Shown: positions 53,998 to 64,000, counted from the stretch's first letter. The stretch: DNA of 64,000 nt from Acutalibacteraceae bacterium (GCA_045534445.1 JAZSJQ010000057.1:24548-88547), one strand, 5' to 3'. Program-made: numbers and translations. The notes: generated from the sequence alone by a model not told the origin.

Positions 53998-54438
53998 TTA
54001 CATCACCTCTGCCTTTCCGCCTACAGCTTCGATTTTCTCTTTTGCCGTATTGGAAAATGCGGAGACCTTAACGGTGAGCTTCTTTGTCAGCTCGCCTTCA
54101 CCGAGGACCTTTACTCCGTCGAGAACCTTCTTTACAAGGCCTGCAGCTACGAGTGCCTCAGTATCAACAGTAGCGCCATCTTCGAAAGCATTGAGTGCCT
54201 CGACATTGATAACAGCATACTGGGTGCCGAAAATGTTATTGAAGCCCCTCTTCGGGATTCTTCTCTGAAGTGTCATCTGACCACCTTCGAAGCCAACGCG
54301 CATGCCGCGGCCTGCACGAGCCTTCTGGCCCTTATGACCCTTACCAGCGGTCTTTCCGTTACCGGAACCGTGACCTCTGCCTATACGCTTTACGTCCTTT
54401 GTGGAGCCTTCGGCAGGACTAAGTGTGCTAAGATTCAT
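53998..54438 (-). CDS. rplO: 50S ribosomal protein L15
   Basis: [41 protein letters not shown].... The ATG is preceded by GGAGGTG. Confidence 0.96.
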   Translation of the reverse strand: MNLSTLSPAEGSTKDVKRIGRGHGSGNGKTAGKGHKGQKARAGRGMRVGFEGGQMTLQRRIPKRGFNNIFGTQYAVINVEALNAFEDGATVDTEALVAAGLVKKVLDGVKVLGEGELTKKLTVKVSAFSNTAKEKIEAVGGKAEVM

Positions 54439-54457
54439 TTTGTTCGCACCTCCTTGC

Positions 54458-54643
54458 TTATGCTTCGCTGACCTCGATAAGATGTACAATCTTCTTGACC
54501 TTACCGGTGGTCTGTGCGTTTGCGGGCTGGATTGTTACATCGCCCGGCTTCTTAAGTCCCAGGGAATGAGCTGTAGCGATCTGGTCTTTCTTGCAGGCTA
54601 TGAGGCTCTTAGTGAGCGTAATTCTTACGTTTTTTGCCATCAT
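54458..54643 (-). CDS. rpmD: 50S ribosomal protein L30
   Basis: M(M)[30 protein letters not shown].... The start is one of two adjacent ATGs after AAGGAGG. Confidence 0.93.
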   Translation of the reverse strand: MMAKNVRITLTKSLIACKKDQIATAHSLGLKKPGDVTIQPANAQTTGKVKKIVHLIEVSEA

Positions 54644-54653
54644 TGTTGCCTCC

Positions 54654-55154
54654 TTAACCAAGAATTTCTGCGGCAGTCTTGCCACGGGTGGCTGCTACCT
54701 GCTCAATGTTGCGAAGCTGAGACAGACCCTGAACGGTTGCCTTAACAACGTTTGCGGGGTTGTTGGAACGAAGAGCCTTAGTTCTTACGTCCTTGATGCC
54801 TGCAACTTCCATGACAGCACGGACAGGGCCGCCGGCGATAACACCGGTACCGGGAGCTGCCGGCTTGATGAGGACTTCGCCTGCACCAAACTTACCGAGG
54901 ACCTCGTGAGGTACGGTCGTACCCTTGAGGGAAACCTGAAGAAGATTCTTCTTGGCATCCTCGATGCCCTTGCGGATAGCATCGGGAACTTCGCCTGCCT
55001 TACCGATGCCAACACCGATGAGACCTTCGCCGTTGCCGACAACTACGAGAGCTGCATACTTGAAGATGCGTCCGCCCTTGACGGTCTTAGATACTCTGTT
55101 TATAGAAACGACTTTCTCCTGAAACTCGATTCCTGTTGCGTCAATTCTAGCCAA
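54654..55154 (-). CDS. rpsE: 30S ribosomal protein S5
   Basis: ...[28 protein letters not shown]... Confidence 0.98.
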   Translation of the reverse strand: MARIDATGIEFQEKVVSINRVSKTVKGGRIFKYAALVVVGNGEGLIGVGIGKAGEVPDAIRKGIEDAKKNLLQVSLKGTTVPHEVLGKFGAGEVLIKPAAPGTGVIAGGPVRAVMEVAGIKDVRTKALRSNNPANVVKATVQGLSQLRNIEQVAATRGKTAAEILG

Positions 55155-55171
55155 AGTTATATCCTCCCTCT

Positions 55172-55531
55172 TTAGAAGTTGAGGCCGCCCTCACGGGCGC
55201 CTTCGGCCAGCTCTTTGACACGGCCGTGATAGATGTTGCCGCCGCGGTCGAATACCACGGTGGTGATGCCTGCCTTAGCGGCACGCTCTGCTACGAGCTT
55301 ACCGACATTGCGGGCTGCTTCCTTGTTTCCGCCATTGCCTCCGAAGTCTTTCTCAACGGTAGATGCAGCACAGATGGTTACACCCTTACCATCGTCGATG
55401 ACCTGAGCATAGATGTTAGCATTGGAGCGGAAAACACACAGGCGGGGACGCTCTGCGGTGCCGGAAATCTTACCGCGTACGCGAACGTGACGGTGCTTTC
55501 TGGCCTTCTTTGTATCCGGTCTTGATACCAT
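55172..55531 (-). CDS. rplR: 50S ribosomal protein L18
   Basis: ...[37 protein letters not shown]... Confidence 0.98.
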   Translation of the reverse strand: MVSRPDTKKARKHRHVRVRGKISGTAERPRLCVFRSNANIYAQVIDDGKGVTICAASTVEKDFGGNGGNKEAARNVGKLVAERAAKAGITTVVFDRGGNIYHGRVKELAEGAREGGLNF

Positions 55532-55550
55532 TGTTAATTCACTCCTTTAC

Positions 55551-56090
55551 TTACTTCTTACCGGTCTTGCCTTCCTTCTTGCGGACGACTTCACCGGTAT
55601 AACGAACACCCTTGCCATGATAAGGCTCGGGAGGTCTCTTGCCTCTGACTTCAGATGCGAACTGACCAACCTTCTGCTTATCGCAGCCATTGATGACGAT
55701 TGTGTTTGCGTTGGGAACCTCGATGGTGATACCATCGATTTCGGGCATGATGACCTGATGCGAATAACCCAGGTTCATAACGAGGTTCTTGCCTTCCTTC
55801 TGAACCTTATAACCGACGCCAATGACCTCAAGCTGCTTCTTGAAGCCATTTGAAACGCCTTCTACCATGTTGGCGATGAGGGTTCTGGACATGCCATGGA
55901 GAGAGCGGTTAAGCTTCTCATCGTTGGGACGGCTTACGGTGACAACACCGGGCTGAATGTCAACGATCATGTTCTCATGGATCTTCTGGGTAAGTGTGCC
56001 CTTGGGACCCTTAACGGTTACGATACCGTCTGCCATCTTTACCTCTACGCCGGCCGGTATTGCTATCGGCTTTCTGCCAATTCTGGACAT
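55551..56090 (-). CDS. rplF: 50S ribosomal protein L6
   Basis: MSRIGRKPIAIPAGVEVKMADGIVTVKGPKGTL... Confidence 0.98.
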   Translation of the reverse strand: MSRIGRKPIAIPAGVEVKMADGIVTVKGPKGTLTQKIHENMIVDIQPGVVTVSRPNDEKLNRSLHGMSRTLIANMVEGVSNGFKKQLEVIGVGYKVQKEGKNLVMNLGYSHQVIMPEIDGITIEVPNANTIVINGCDKQKVGQFASEVRGKRPPEPYHGKGVRYTGEVVRKKEGKTGKK

Positions 56091-56104
56091 TTAGCGGTAC
56101 CTCC

Positions 56105-56509
56105 TTACCAGATGAACGCGAGGACTTCGCCGCCAACGTTAAGCTCACGAGCCTTCTTGTCGGTCATGACACCCTTAGAAGTGGAAAGGATGGCAATACC
56201 GAGGCCGCCGAGTACCTTGGGCATTTCCTCTACGCTTGCGTAAATTCTGAGACCGGGCTTGGAGACTCTCTTGAGGCCGTTGATGACCGGAGTCTTGCCA
56301 GCGCCGTACTTCAGGGTAATTCTGATAGTACCCTGAGTGTTGTTCTTATCTTCAAGAACGTTAAAGTCCTTAACGTATCCCTCGTCAACGAGAATCTGGA
56401 CAATCGCCTTCTTCATGTTGGACGCGGGAACGTCAACAGTATCATGCTTCGCAGTGCTCGCGTTGCGGATTCTGGTCAGCAGATCTGCAATAGTATCAGT
56501 TACTTGCAT
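56105..56509 (-). CDS. rpsH: 30S ribosomal protein S8
   Basis: [25 protein letters not shown]... Confidence 0.98.
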   Translation of the reverse strand: MQVTDTIADLLTRIRNASTAKHDTVDVPASNMKKAIVQILVDEGYVKDFNVLEDKNNTQGTIRITLKYGAGKTPVINGLKRVSKPGLRIYASVEEMPKVLGGLGIAILSTSKGVMTDKKARELNVGGEVLAFIW

Positions 56510-56532
56510 TGACGTTTACCTCCTATTAGCAA

Positions 56533-56718
56533 TTACCAGCTTGCCTTTCTGACGCCGGGGATCTGGCCCTTGTGAGCCAGCTCTCTGAAGCAAATGCGGC
56601 ATACGCCGTACTTGCGAAGATATGCATGGGGTCTGCCGCAGATCTTGCAGCGGTTGTATGCTCTCGTAGAGAACTTAGCAGGTCTCTGCTGCTTACCCTT
56701 CATTGATGTCTTTGCCAC
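56533..56718 (-). CDS. rpsN: 30S ribosomal protein S14 type Z (zinc-binding)
   Basis: A 61-aa protein with [20 protein letters not shown] (CxxC...CxxC). Confidence 0.97.
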   Translation of the reverse strand: MAKTSMKGKQQRPAKFSTRAYNRCKICGRPHAYLRKYGVCRICFRELAHKGQIPGVRKASW

Positions 56719-56730
56719 AGAATTACCTCC

Positions 56731-57270
56731 TTATTTCGCATACGGAGCGCCCATGAGTGTAAGGAGCTCACGAGCTTCTTCGTCAGTCTTAGCAGTGGTT
56801 ACGAAGCAGATGTCCATACCACGTACCTTGTCGATCTTATCGTAGTCGATTTCGGGGAAAATGAGCTGCTCCTTGATACCCATGTTGTAGTTGCCGCGAC
56901 CATCGAAGGAATCAGGATTGATGCCTCTGAAGTCACGAACACGGGGAAGTGCTACATTGAAGAAACGATCTACGAACTCATACATACGGTCGCCGCGAAG
57001 GGTTACCTTAACGCCGATGACCATGCCCTCACGGAGCTTGAAGTTTGCAACAGACTTCTTAGCTCTGCAGATTACGGGCTTCTGACCTGTGATTGCGGAC
57101 AGGTCATTCATGATAGCGTCGATAGCCTTGGAATTTTCCTTAGCCTCACCAGCACCGACATTGATAACAACCTTGTCGAGCTTGGGGATCTGCATGACGC
57201 TCTTATAAGAAAACTTCTTCATCAGGGCAGGTGCAATGTCTGCCTTGTACATATCTCTAAGTCTGGCCAT
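56731..57270 (-). CDS. rplE: 50S ribosomal protein L5
   Basis: [39 protein letters not shown]... Confidence 0.98.
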   Translation of the reverse strand: MARLRDMYKADIAPALMKKFSYKSVMQIPKLDKVVINVGAGEAKENSKAIDAIMNDLSAITGQKPVICRAKKSVANFKLREGMVIGVKVTLRGDRMYEFVDRFFNVALPRVRDFRGINPDSFDGRGNYNMGIKEQLIFPEIDYDKIDKVRGMDICFVTTAKTDEEARELLTLMGAPYAK

Positions 57271-57284
57271 TGTGTCGTACCTCC

Positions 57285-57599
57285 TTAAAGCTTAGCGCCG
57301 CACTTGGCACATACACGGATCTTCTTGCCGTCCTCGTCCTTATGGGCGATTCTGGTAGCCTTCTTGCAGCCAGAGCAATAGATCTGAACCTTGCTTGCAT
57401 ACATGGGAGCCTCAGCAGTTACGATGCCGCCCTTATCGCCCATCTTGCGGGGCTTGACGTGCTTCTTAACCTGATTGATGCCCTCAACGATTACCTTGCC
57501 CTCTTTGGGGCTGACTGCGAGTACCTTACCCTTGGCACCCTTATCGTCGCCGCTGATTACAACAACTGTATCACCGGTCTTAACATGAACCTTATTCAT
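57285..57599 (-). CDS. rplX: 50S ribosomal protein L24
   Basis: [27 protein letters not shown]... is a KOW motif. A C-terminal CxxC...CxxC is present. Confidence 0.97.
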   Translation of the reverse strand: MNKVHVKTGDTVVVISGDDKGAKGKVLAVSPKEGKVIVEGINQVKKHVKPRKMGDKGGIVTAEAPMYASKVQIYCSGCKKATRIAHKDEDGKKIRVCAKCGAKL

Positions 57600-57615
57600 T
57601 TATACGGGCACCTCC

Positions 57616-57984
57616 TTAAAGTACTTCCGGAGCAAGGGACAGGATCTTGGTGTATTCCTTGTCACGAAGCTCTCTTGCGACCGGCCCGAAGATACGGGTG
57701 CCGCGGGGATTCTTATCTTCTCTGATGATAACTGCTGCGTTCTCATCGAAACGGATGTAGGTACCATCCTTACGGCGGAGACCGCTTGCAGTACGGACGA
57801 CTACTGCCTTGACGACATCGCCCTTCTTAACAACGCCACCGGGTGCTGCTTTTTTGACAGAGCATACGATAACGTCGCCAATGTTTGCATACTTTCTCTT
57901 GGTGCCGCCCAGAACGCGGATGCACATAAGCTCCTTTGCGCCTGTGTTATCGGCAACCTTCAGCAAAGACTGCTGCTGTATCAC
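57616..57984 (-). CDS. rplN: 50S ribosomal protein L14
   Basis: [27 protein letters not shown]... Confidence 0.98.
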   Translation of the reverse strand: MIQQQSLLKVADNTGAKELMCIRVLGGTKRKYANIGDVIVCSVKKAAPGGVVKKGDVVKAVVVRTASGLRRKDGTYIRFDENAAVIIREDKNPRGTRIFGPVARELRDKEYTKILSLAPEVL

Positions 57985-58008
57985 AGTGGATTCCTCCTTA
58001 TAGCGAAA

Positions 58009-58269
58009 TTATTTAGCTCTCTCAACTATCTCAACAAGACGCCATCTCTTATCCTTGGAAAGAGGTCTTGTCTCCATAATTCTTACGCGGTCGCCGATCT
58101 TGCACTCGTTGTTCTCATCGTGAGCCTTGCACTTGTAGGTGCGCTTAACGATCTTCTTGTACAGCGGATGCTTAACGGAGTCCTCGATTGCTACTACGAT
58201 GGTCTTATCCATCTTGTCAGAAACGACCTTGCCGACTCTGACCTTTCTGAGGTTTCTTTCTTCGCTCAC
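58009..58269 (-). CDS. rpsQ: 30S ribosomal protein S17
   Basis: ...[32 protein letters not shown]... Confidence 0.98.
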   Translation of the reverse strand: MSEERNLRKVRVGKVVSDKMDKTIVVAIEDSVKHPLYKKIVKRTYKCKAHDENNECKIGDRVRIMETRPLSKDKRWRLVEIVERAK

Positions 58270-58287
58270 AGCTTAATCCTCCCTTTC

Positions 58288-58491
58288 TTATGCGTTTGCT
58301 GCTTCAAGCTGACGCTCGCGAAGTACTGTCATAATACGTGCGATGTCTTTCTTGCAAGCATTGATGCGGGCCGGATTCTCAAGCTGGTTAATAGCAAGCT
58401 GGAAGCGCAGATTGAAGAGCTCTTCCTTCAGCTCACCGAGTTTTTCATTGAGTTCTACCTCAGTCATATCTCTGAGTTCTGATGCCTTCAT
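58288..58491 (-). CDS. rpmC: 50S ribosomal protein L29
   Basis: [31 protein letters not shown]... Confidence 0.98.
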   Translation of the reverse strand: MKASELRDMTEVELNEKLGELKEELFNLRFQLAINQLENPARINACKKDIARIMTVLRERQLEAANA

Positions 58492-58913
58492 TACTGCTCG
58501 CCTCCTTCTTCCTTCTTAACGAACTTGCACTTTACGGGGAGCTTGTTGGCTGCCAGACGGAGAGCTTCGCGTGCGACCTCTTCGCTGACACCGGCGATCT
58601 CAAACATGACTCTGCCGGGCTTGACAACTGCTACCCAGTATTCGGGTGAACCCTTACCGGAACCCATTCGGGTTTCAGCAGGCTTCTCAGTGATGGGCTT
58701 ATCGGGGAAGATCTTGATCCAGACCTTACCACCTCTCTTGATGTAACGGGTCATAGCGATACGAGCTGCCTCGATCTGGTTGGAGGTGATCCAAGCAGGC
58801 TCGGTGGTCTGAAGACCAAATTCACCATGGGAAACGAAGTTACCGCGCATTGCCTTGCCGGTGAGGCGGCCTCTATGCTGCCTGCGGTACTTTACTCTCT
58901 TAGGGAGCAGCAT
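58491..58913 (-). CDS. rplP: 50S ribosomal protein L16
   Basis: [21 protein letters not shown]... Confidence 0.98.
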   Translation of the reverse strand: MLLPKRVKYRRQHRGRLTGKAMRGNFVSHGEFGLQTTEPAWITSNQIEAARIAMTRYIKRGGKVWIKIFPDKPITEKPAETRMGSGKGSPEYWVAVVKPGRVMFEIAGVSEEVAREALRLAANKLPVKCKFVKKEEGGEQ

Positions 58914-59671
58914 TATGCGTTACCTCCTTCTTTGCGGGGTGCCGGGCGTCTGTCATCTCTGCGGGGACGTCTGTCACCGTCGTTGCGGCGTCTGTCGTCT
59001 CTGCGTCTTCTTGCAGGCTGCTCGGAACGCGGTGCCTTGCCGTCAGCAAGAACCTCGCCCTTATAGATCCAAACCTTTACGCCGATCTTACCGTAGGTGG
59101 TGTTTGCCTCAGCAAAACCATAGTCGATGTCAGCACGGATGGTCTGGAGGGGAATTGTACCCTCGTGATAGCTCTCGGAACGAGCAATTTCAGCACCGCC
59201 GAGACGGCCGCTTACCATTGTCTTGATACCCTTAACGTTGAGCTTCATAGCGCGGCTGATGCTCATCTTCATAGCGCGGCGGAAGCTTGTGCGCTTCTCA
59301 AGCTGAGATGCGATGGTCTCAGCAACGAGCTGTGCGTCGGTGTCGGGAGAATAGACCTCAACAACGTTGATGATAACGTTCTTCTTGAGGATCTTCTCAC
59401 AATCAGCCTTGAGCTTATCCTTCTCTGCGCCGCCCTTACCAATGATCATGCCGGGCTTTGCACAGTGGATGTGAACGCGAACCTTATCGTTATCGCGCTC
59501 GATTTCAATCTTGGGGATGCCTGCGCCGTAATACTTCTTCTTAAGCATGGTACGGAGCTTGTAGTCTTCTACAAGAGTATCGCCGAAATCCTTATCAGCG
59601 ACATACCAGCGGCTGTCCCAGTTCTTGATTACGCCGACACGCAGACCGTGGGGATTAATTTTCTGGCCCAT
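58913..59671 (-). CDS. rpsC: 30S ribosomal protein S3 with an Arg/Asp-rich C-terminal extension
   Basis: [23 protein letters not shown]..., with tail ...[33 protein letters not shown]. Confidence 0.98.
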   Translation of the reverse strand: MGQKINPHGLRVGVIKNWDSRWYVADKDFGDTLVEDYKLRTMLKKKYYGAGIPKIEIERDNDKVRVHIHCAKPGMIIGKGGAEKDKLKADCEKILKKNVIINVVEVYSPDTDAQLVAETIASQLEKRTSFRRAMKMSISRAMKLNVKGIKTMVSGRLGGAEIARSESYHEGTIPLQTIRADIDYGFAEANTTYGKIGVKVWIYKGEVLADGKAPRSEQPARRRRDDRRRNDGDRRPRRDDRRPAPRKEGGNA

Positions 59672-59689
59672 TGTTTACCTCCTCCTCGC

Positions 59690-60031
59690 TTATTCCATCT
59701 CGCGTACGACGAGAGTGACATGAGATGTCTTCTTGTCGATGCGGAATGCTCTGCCCTGTGCTCTCGGACGAATTCTCTTGAGAGTGGGGCCCTGGCATGC
59801 ATAGCACTCAGCTACATAGAGCTTGGACTCATCACATGCCTTAGCGGGATCGTTGACTGCGTTTGCGACTGCGGACTTGAGAAGCTTCTCAAGATATTCG
59901 CAAGCAGCCTTCGGTGTATATTTAAGGATAGCTTTTGCTTCAGTGACAGGCTTGTTTCTGATAAGATCAAGCACTATCTGGACTTTTCTGGGAGAAATGC
60001 GAGCGTATTTAAGCTCTGCTCTTGCTTCCAT
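59690..60031 (-). CDS. rplV: 50S ribosomal protein L22
   Basis: [25 protein letters not shown].... The ATG follows AGGAG, and the ORF-track GTG start overlaps that RBS. Confidence 0.96.
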   Translation of the reverse strand: MEARAELKYARISPRKVQIVLDLIRNKPVTEAKAILKYTPKAACEYLEKLLKSAVANAVNDPAKACDESKLYVAECYACQGPTLKRIRPRAQGRAFRIDKKTSHVTLVVREME

Positions 60032-60054
60032 TTTGTACACTCCTTTCTGGCTGC

Positions 60055-60330
60055 TTATTTCTTAGATGTCTTGGAACCTGCGTGACCTCTGTAGGTTCTG
60101 GTGGGAGCAAACTCGCCGAGCTTGTGACCGACCATATCCTCAGTGACGAATACAGGAACATGCTTGCGACCGTCGTGAACAGCGAAGGTGTGTCCTACGA
60201 AGTCGGGGAAGATTGTGGAAGAACGGCTCCAGGTCTTAAGGATCTGCTTATCGCCTGTCTCGTTCATAGCCTTGACCCTCTTGAGCAGCACCGGCTGGAC
60301 AAAAGGACCTTTTTTAGTACTTCTGCTCAT
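60055..60330 (-). CDS. rpsS: 30S ribosomal protein S19
   Basis: [19 protein letters not shown]...[16 protein letters not shown]... Confidence 0.98.
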   Translation of the reverse strand: MSRSTKKGPFVQPVLLKRVKAMNETGDKQILKTWSRSSTIFPDFVGHTFAVHDGRKHVPVFVTEDMVGHKLGEFAPTRTYRGHAGSKTSKK

Positions 60331-60345
60331 AGAAAAGCTCCTTTC

Positions 60346-61179
60346 TTACTTACCGTTTCTGCGTCTTACGATCATCTTAGAGGAAGCCTTCTTCGGGTTT
60401 CTGGTCTTGTAACCAAGAGCAGGCTTGCCCCAGGGAGTAACAGGACCGGGACGACCGATGGGGCTCTTGCCCTCACCACCGCCGTGGGGGTGATCGCAGG
60501 GGTTCATGACAGAACCGCGAACTGTGGGTCTCCAGCCCATGAGGCGCTTACGACCGGCCTTACCGATCTTAACGTTCTCGTGGTCGATGTTGGAAACCTG
60601 ACCGATGGTAGCCATGCAAGCTGCGGGAACGTTGCGAAGCTCGCCGGAGGGAAGTCTGAGAAGTGCAAGACCATTCTCCTTAGCCATGAGCTGAGCCTGA
60701 ACGCCTGCTGCCTTTGCGAGCTGTGCGCCCTTGCCGGGGTAGAGCTCAATGTTGTGAATGAAGGTACCTACGGGGATAGCGGACAGGGGAAGTGCGTTGC
60801 CGGGCTTGATGTCGGCATTGACACCGGATACTACTGTATCGCCAACCTTGAGGCCTTCGGGAGCAGTGATGTAAGTGCGTACGCCATCCTCATACTCGAT
60901 GAGGCTGATGAATGCGGAACGGTTAGGATCGTACTCGATTGTGAGAACCTTAGCGGGCATATCTGCCTTCTGTCTCTTGAAATCGATGATTCTGTACTTT
61001 CTGCGAAGACCGCCGCCTCTGTGACGGACGGTGATACGGCCATAGCTGTTACGGCCGGACTTCTTCTTCAGGTTTTCGAGCAGGCTCTTCTCAGGAGCAA
61101 CCTTGCTCAGAACCGAGTAATCAGTGACTGACATATTGCGTCGGCCATTGGTTGTCGGCTTATAAAACTTGATAGCCAA
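60346..61179 (-). CDS. rplB: 50S ribosomal protein L2
   Basis: [18 protein letters not shown]...[17 protein letters not shown]... Confidence 0.98.
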   Translation of the reverse strand: MAIKFYKPTTNGRRNMSVTDYSVLSKVAPEKSLLENLKKKSGRNSYGRITVRHRGGGLRRKYRIIDFKRQKADMPAKVLTIEYDPNRSAFISLIEYEDGVRTYITAPEGLKVGDTVVSGVNADIKPGNALPLSAIPVGTFIHNIELYPGKGAQLAKAAGVQAQLMAKENGLALLRLPSGELRNVPAACMATIGQVSNIDHENVKIGKAGRKRLMGWRPTVRGSVMNPCDHPHGGGEGKSPIGRPGPVTPWGKPALGYKTRNPKKASSKMIVRRRNGK

Positions 61180-61262
61180 TTTAGCTCACTCCTTATGTGA
61201 TTTCGGCTTAGCGGAAGCTGGCTACTTCCATACGTCGCCGGCTGCACATCATGCGCAGACTA

Positions 61263-61556
61263 TTAAAGCATGCCCTCGAAGAATTCAATAGGCTTGGAAT
61301 CCTCAGTAACAGTGATGATAGCCTTCTTCCAGGACTTGGTGTAGCCACCGTTGTTTCTGCCCTGACGGCGGAAGTGACCGCGCATGCTGACAGTGTTTAC
61401 CTTCTTGGCGACGGTGCCGGGGAAGCAAGCGTTGAAAGCCTTAGCGATCTCGATCTTGTTTACATCAGCAACCTCGAAGGTGTACTTGCCCATGTGAACG
61501 CCTTCCATAGAGCGCTCAGTGATGATGGGGCGAATGATTATATCTCTGGGATTCAT
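61263..61556 (-). CDS. rplW: 50S ribosomal protein L23
   Basis: MNPRDIIIRPIITERSME.... Its start overlaps the rplD stop. Confidence 0.97.
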   Translation of the reverse strand: MNPRDIIIRPIITERSMEGVHMGKYTFEVADVNKIEIAKAFNACFPGTVAKKVNTVSMRGHFRRQGRNNGGYTKSWKKAIITVTEDSKPIEFFEGML

Positions 61557-62179
61557 TATGCATATACCTCCTCGATCTGAGCTACAGCGTCCTTGATGAC
61601 GATGAGCTTGTTTGCGTTGAGGATGTCATAAACATTGATAGTGTTGACAAGTGCAGTCTTAACACCGGGGATGTTTCTTGCACTGCGAACGATCTTCTGG
61701 CAGTTCTCAGGGATAACGATGAGTGCCTTGCGATCGGAACCTACTGCTGCGAGCATGTTAGCCACGGTCTTGGTGGAGAACTCGTCGAGCTTGAGGGAGT
61801 CAACAACGATCATATCGTTTTCTGCAACCTTTGCGGAAAGCACAGACTTAAGTGCAAGTCTGCGGAGCTTCTTATTGAGAACGAAGCGATAGCTTCTGGG
61901 CTTGGGGCCGAGAGCGATACCGCCGTGTCTCCACTGGGGAGATCTGGTGGAACCCTGTCTTGCACGACCTGTGCCCTTCTGTCTCCAGGGCTTCTTGCCG
62001 CCTCCGCGAACTTCGCCGCGAGTGAGGGTGGACTGTGTGCCCTGACGCTGGTTAGCAAGATAGTTAACAACTACTGCATGAACTGCGCTCATGTTGGGCT
62101 CGATACCGAAAATGGATTCGGAAAGGTCGATATTGCCGACCTGCTTGCCCTTAGTATCTACTACGGAAATTGTAGGCAT
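61556..62179 (-). CDS. rplD: 50S ribosomal protein L4
   Basis: ...GEVRGGGKKPWRQKGTGRARQGSTRSPQWRHGG... Confidence 0.98.
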   Translation of the reverse strand: MPTISVVDTKGKQVGNIDLSESIFGIEPNMSAVHAVVVNYLANQRQGTQSTLTRGEVRGGGKKPWRQKGTGRARQGSTRSPQWRHGGIALGPKPRSYRFVLNKKLRRLALKSVLSAKVAENDMIVVDSLKLDEFSTKTVANMLAAVGSDRKALIVIPENCQKIVRSARNIPGVKTALVNTINVYDILNANKLIVIKDAVAQIEEVYA

Positions 62180-62195
62180 TATGTTTCCTCCTCCC

Positions 62196-62873
62196 TTAAG
62201 CCTTTACGCTGTCGCTGATCATTACCAGTGCGCCCTTAGCGCCGGGGATTGCACCCTTGATGGCAATGAGGTTGTTTTCGACGTCAACCTTAACGATGGT
62301 AAGGTTCTGTACGGTTACACGCTCGCAGCCGAGGTGACCGGACATCTTCTTGCCTTTGAAAACTCTGGACGGATCGGAACAGCAACCGATGGAACCGCCG
62401 TGTCTTGCAACAGGACCTGTACCGTGGGACTCACGAAGGCGTCCGAAGTTCCAGCGCTTGATAACGCCGGCCCAACCCTTACCTTTGCTGGTGCCTACTA
62501 CGTCGATCTTGTCGCCCTCTGCGAATACGTCAGCCTTGATTACAGAGCCAACTTCTGCAGACTCTGCATTGTCGAGTCTGAACTCGCGGAGATACTTCTT
62601 GGGAGCAACATCAGCCTTCTTGAAGTGACCCTGCAGGGGCAGAGTTACGTTTGTGGGGAGGCTCTTGCGCTTTTCGCTGCGAGCGCCCTCATTGTACTTG
62701 AGCTTGATGTCGCCGAAACCGTACTGGACTGCAGAGTAGCCGTCGTTTGCAACTGTCTTTACCTGTGTTACTACGCAGGGACCTGCCTCAACAACTGTTA
62801 CTGCAATCGCGTTGCCCTGCTCGTCAAAGACCTGAGTCATGCCGAGCTTTGTGCCGAGAATTGCCTTTTGCAT
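62196..62873 (-). CDS. rplC: 50S ribosomal protein L3
   Basis: MQKAILGTKLGMTQVFDEQGNAIAVTV... Confidence 0.98.
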   Translation of the reverse strand: MQKAILGTKLGMTQVFDEQGNAIAVTVVEAGPCVVTQVKTVANDGYSAVQYGFGDIKLKYNEGARSEKRKSLPTNVTLPLQGHFKKADVAPKKYLREFRLDNAESAEVGSVIKADVFAEGDKIDVVGTSKGKGWAGVIKRWNFGRLRESHGTGPVARHGGSIGCCSDPSRVFKGKKMSGHLGCERVTVQNLTIVKVDVENNLIAIKGAIPGAKGALVMISDSVKA

Positions 62874-62955
62874 TGTTTCTTTTCCTCCTGTTAGGTTATT
62901 GGTTGCTTTCGCAACATGACCTCGACCGCAGGTTGATCAGTACCGAAATTTAAGC

Positions 62956-63267
62956 TTAGAGCTTGATCTCGATCATGATGCCAGCGGGGAGCTCTAATCC
63001 GGTAAGAGCCTCGACAGTTTTTGCCGAAGGTCTCAGGATGTCGATAAGACGCTTGTGGGTTCTGTACTCGAACTGCTCTCTGCTGTCCTTGTACTTGTGA
63101 ACCGCTCTCAGAATAGTAACGATTTCCTTCTCAGTGGGAAGGGGGACAGGACCCGATACGGAAGCGCCGGTGCGCTTTGCGGTCTCAACGATCTTAGCAG
63201 ATGCCTGATCGACGAGAGATGAGTCGTAACCCTTGATACGAATTCTGATTCTTTCCTTGACTGCCAC
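62956..63267 (-). CDS. rpsJ: 30S ribosomal protein S10
   Basis: [21 protein letters not shown].... It uses a GTG start after a GGAGGG RBS and is the first gene of the cluster. Confidence 0.98.
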   Translation of the reverse strand: MAVKERIRIRIKGYDSSLVDQASAKIVETAKRTGASVSGPVPLPTEKEIVTILRAVHKYKDSREQFEYRTHKRLIDILRPSAKTVEALTGLELPAGIMIEIKL

Positions 63268-63351
63268 AATAATCCCTCCTAATTAAAAATTTTGGTGGGC
63301 ACTGACCGCCTGCGCTTGTACACCCAGCCGAGTGTTTCGCGTATGGACATC

Positions 63352-63390
63352 AAAAAACCGAAATCTGCGGACAAGCCGCAAGGATTCCGG
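63352..63390 (-). terminator. Terminator-like hairpin plus U6 inside the S10-operon leader (candidate attenuator)
   Basis: The minus-strand RNA is CCGGAAUC-CUUGCGG-CUUGU-CCGCAG-GAUUUCGG followed by UUUUUU. It ends about 85 nt upstream of the rpsJ GTG. Confidence 0.55.
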
Positions 63391-63588
63391 GACTTTATGC
63401 CCTTGCTCGCCCCGGATTTCTGGGGGAACAGGCAAGCCGTTAGTGTTTTCATGGCATAGCAACCCTGATATGCTTACTAAAACACTTTTCGCCCGGTTTG
63501 AAATCGGACATACTCCGCGTAAAAACCAGCCCGTAGGCTGCAACCTCACGCATCATCGCAATATGTCTTTGTGCAGTCGTGCTTGCTT

Positions 63589-63616
63589 ATTATAACAGAA
63601 ATATCAGTATTTGCAA
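63589..63616 (-). promoter_or_regulatory. Strong sigma-A promoter with extended -10, upstream of the S10 cluster
   Basis: Minus strand TTGCAA (63611-63616), 16-nt spacer, TGT-TATAAT (-10 at 63589-63594). Confidence 0.7.
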
Positions 63617-63863
63617 GCTTTTTGAGGGGTTTTGGAGAAAAAATCTTCGTAGAATATACAAGAATTTTAAAGCTGTTTTTTGTGCAATGTGACAACAAAA
63701 TTCAGCATCGATTTTTATCCGTTATTTTGTATTTTTTCTCTTCCATGAACACTATATATAATAGGTATAGAAAACCACGCTCAAATGATACACCCGGACG
63801 CGTGGAAAGTCAAGACATAAATATCGGGAGGGCATGGAAGCCCTCCCCTACGGTTATATGTCA

Positions 63864-64000
63864 TTATTCAAAAGGATAGTATACTCCGTCAAGCTCGATT
63901 CCTGCTATGGTGTCCATGTCTATGGGGTTATTGAAGCTGATTGCATATATAAGACAATAAGTGTTTTCGCCCTGTGCCCGGTTTAACGCTCCGGGACCGG
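63864..64000 (-). CDS. C-terminal fragment of an unidentified CDS entering from the window end
   Basis: The minus-strand open frame ...GPGALNRAQGENTYCLIYAISFNNPIDMDTIAGIELDGVYYPFE* is followed by the hairpin GGGGAGGGC-TTCCAT-GCCCTCCC (63826-63848). I recognise no family. Confidence 0.4.
   Translation of the reverse strand, partial: GPGALNRAQGENTYCLIYAISFNNPIDMDTIAGIELDGVYYPFE

Noticed and set aside
52629-54071. A 480-aa plus-strand ORF. Similar long plus-strand ORFs lie at 49901-50563, 54591-55175, 59165-60085, 60022-61131 and 62091-62894.
   Set aside because: All lie exactly antisense to unmistakable ribosomal-protein or secY genes. They have low-complexity, Cys/Leu/Ala-rich translations, no RBS and no recognisable motifs. 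Long antisense ORFs are expected opposite highly codon-biased genes.
63283-63595. ORFs 63283-63549 (-) and 63332-63595 (+) upstream of rpsJ. I also noticed a GCAUAAAGUCCCGG segment that faintly resembles the RNase P GAAAGUCCGGGC box.
   Set aside because: Neither ORF has an RBS, and both overlap stable hairpins. The region is far too short and lacks the other conserved RNase P, SRP or tmRNA elements, so I treat it as a leader RNA (see finding).
1-64000. A search for CRISPR arrays, transposases/IS elements, integrases, prophage genes, toxin-antitoxin pairs and rRNA genes.
   Set aside because: I saw no regularly spaced direct repeats, no DDE, serine or tyrosine recombinase motifs, and no phage structural genes or rRNA-like sequence in either strand or in the ORF track.

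Overview
This is a 64-kb chromosomal window from a Firmicute, probably Clostridia and Oscillospiraceae/Ruminococcus-like; that placement is inferred from gene content only. The minus strand from 47.6 to 63.6 kb holds a complete S10-spc-alpha ribosomal cluster of 32 genes, rpsJ to rplQ, including secY, adk, map, a KOW-domain gene, infA, rpmJ and rpoA. A strong promoter and a long structured leader sit upstream of it. The remaining 47 kb is mostly ordinary metabolism and transport. It includes two paralogous FtsX/ABC modules (one with a two-component system), a TetR-flavodoxin pair, an ArsR-C_GCAxxG_C_C pair, an amino-acid ABC importer and glgB. It also includes an amidohydrolase, DUF3737, a NuoE/NuoF/GltD-fusion flavin complex (Stn-type transhydrogenase-like, with no hydrogenase H-cluster), a peptidase S51 protein, a MalY/PatB lyase and a CE4 deacetylase. 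Further genes are an MsbA-like exporter coupled to an AAC(3)-family acetyltransferase, tRNA-Thr and tRNA-Tyr, bioY, a HAD hydrolase with a GH3 enzyme, and an ECF sigma/anti-sigma pair. I found no CRISPR array, transposase or prophage. Two loci look accessory and under-described. (1) At 11.6-14.4 kb, a tightly coupled gene pair encodes an 822-aa protein and a 95-aa partner. The large protein has an N-terminal RyR domain, a Rossmann-like core, a K/E coiled coil and two SLATT-like 2TM hairpins; the partner is a stand-alone RyR-domain protein. This is my best candidate for an undescribed sensor-plus-membrane-effector (conflict/abortive-infection-like) system. (2) At 36.3-40.8 kb, a solitary 1495-aa SF1 (Upf1-like) helicase carries a C-terminal Vsr/DUF559-like endonuclease domain, and its stop overlaps the bioY start. 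Smaller oddities are a tRNA-Thr(UGU) with a mismatched anticodon stem, a repeated double-hairpin intergenic element, a GTGAAAT/ATTTCAC-rich structured spacer and a terminator-containing S10 leader. All domain calls come from reading the motifs by eye; no database search was run.
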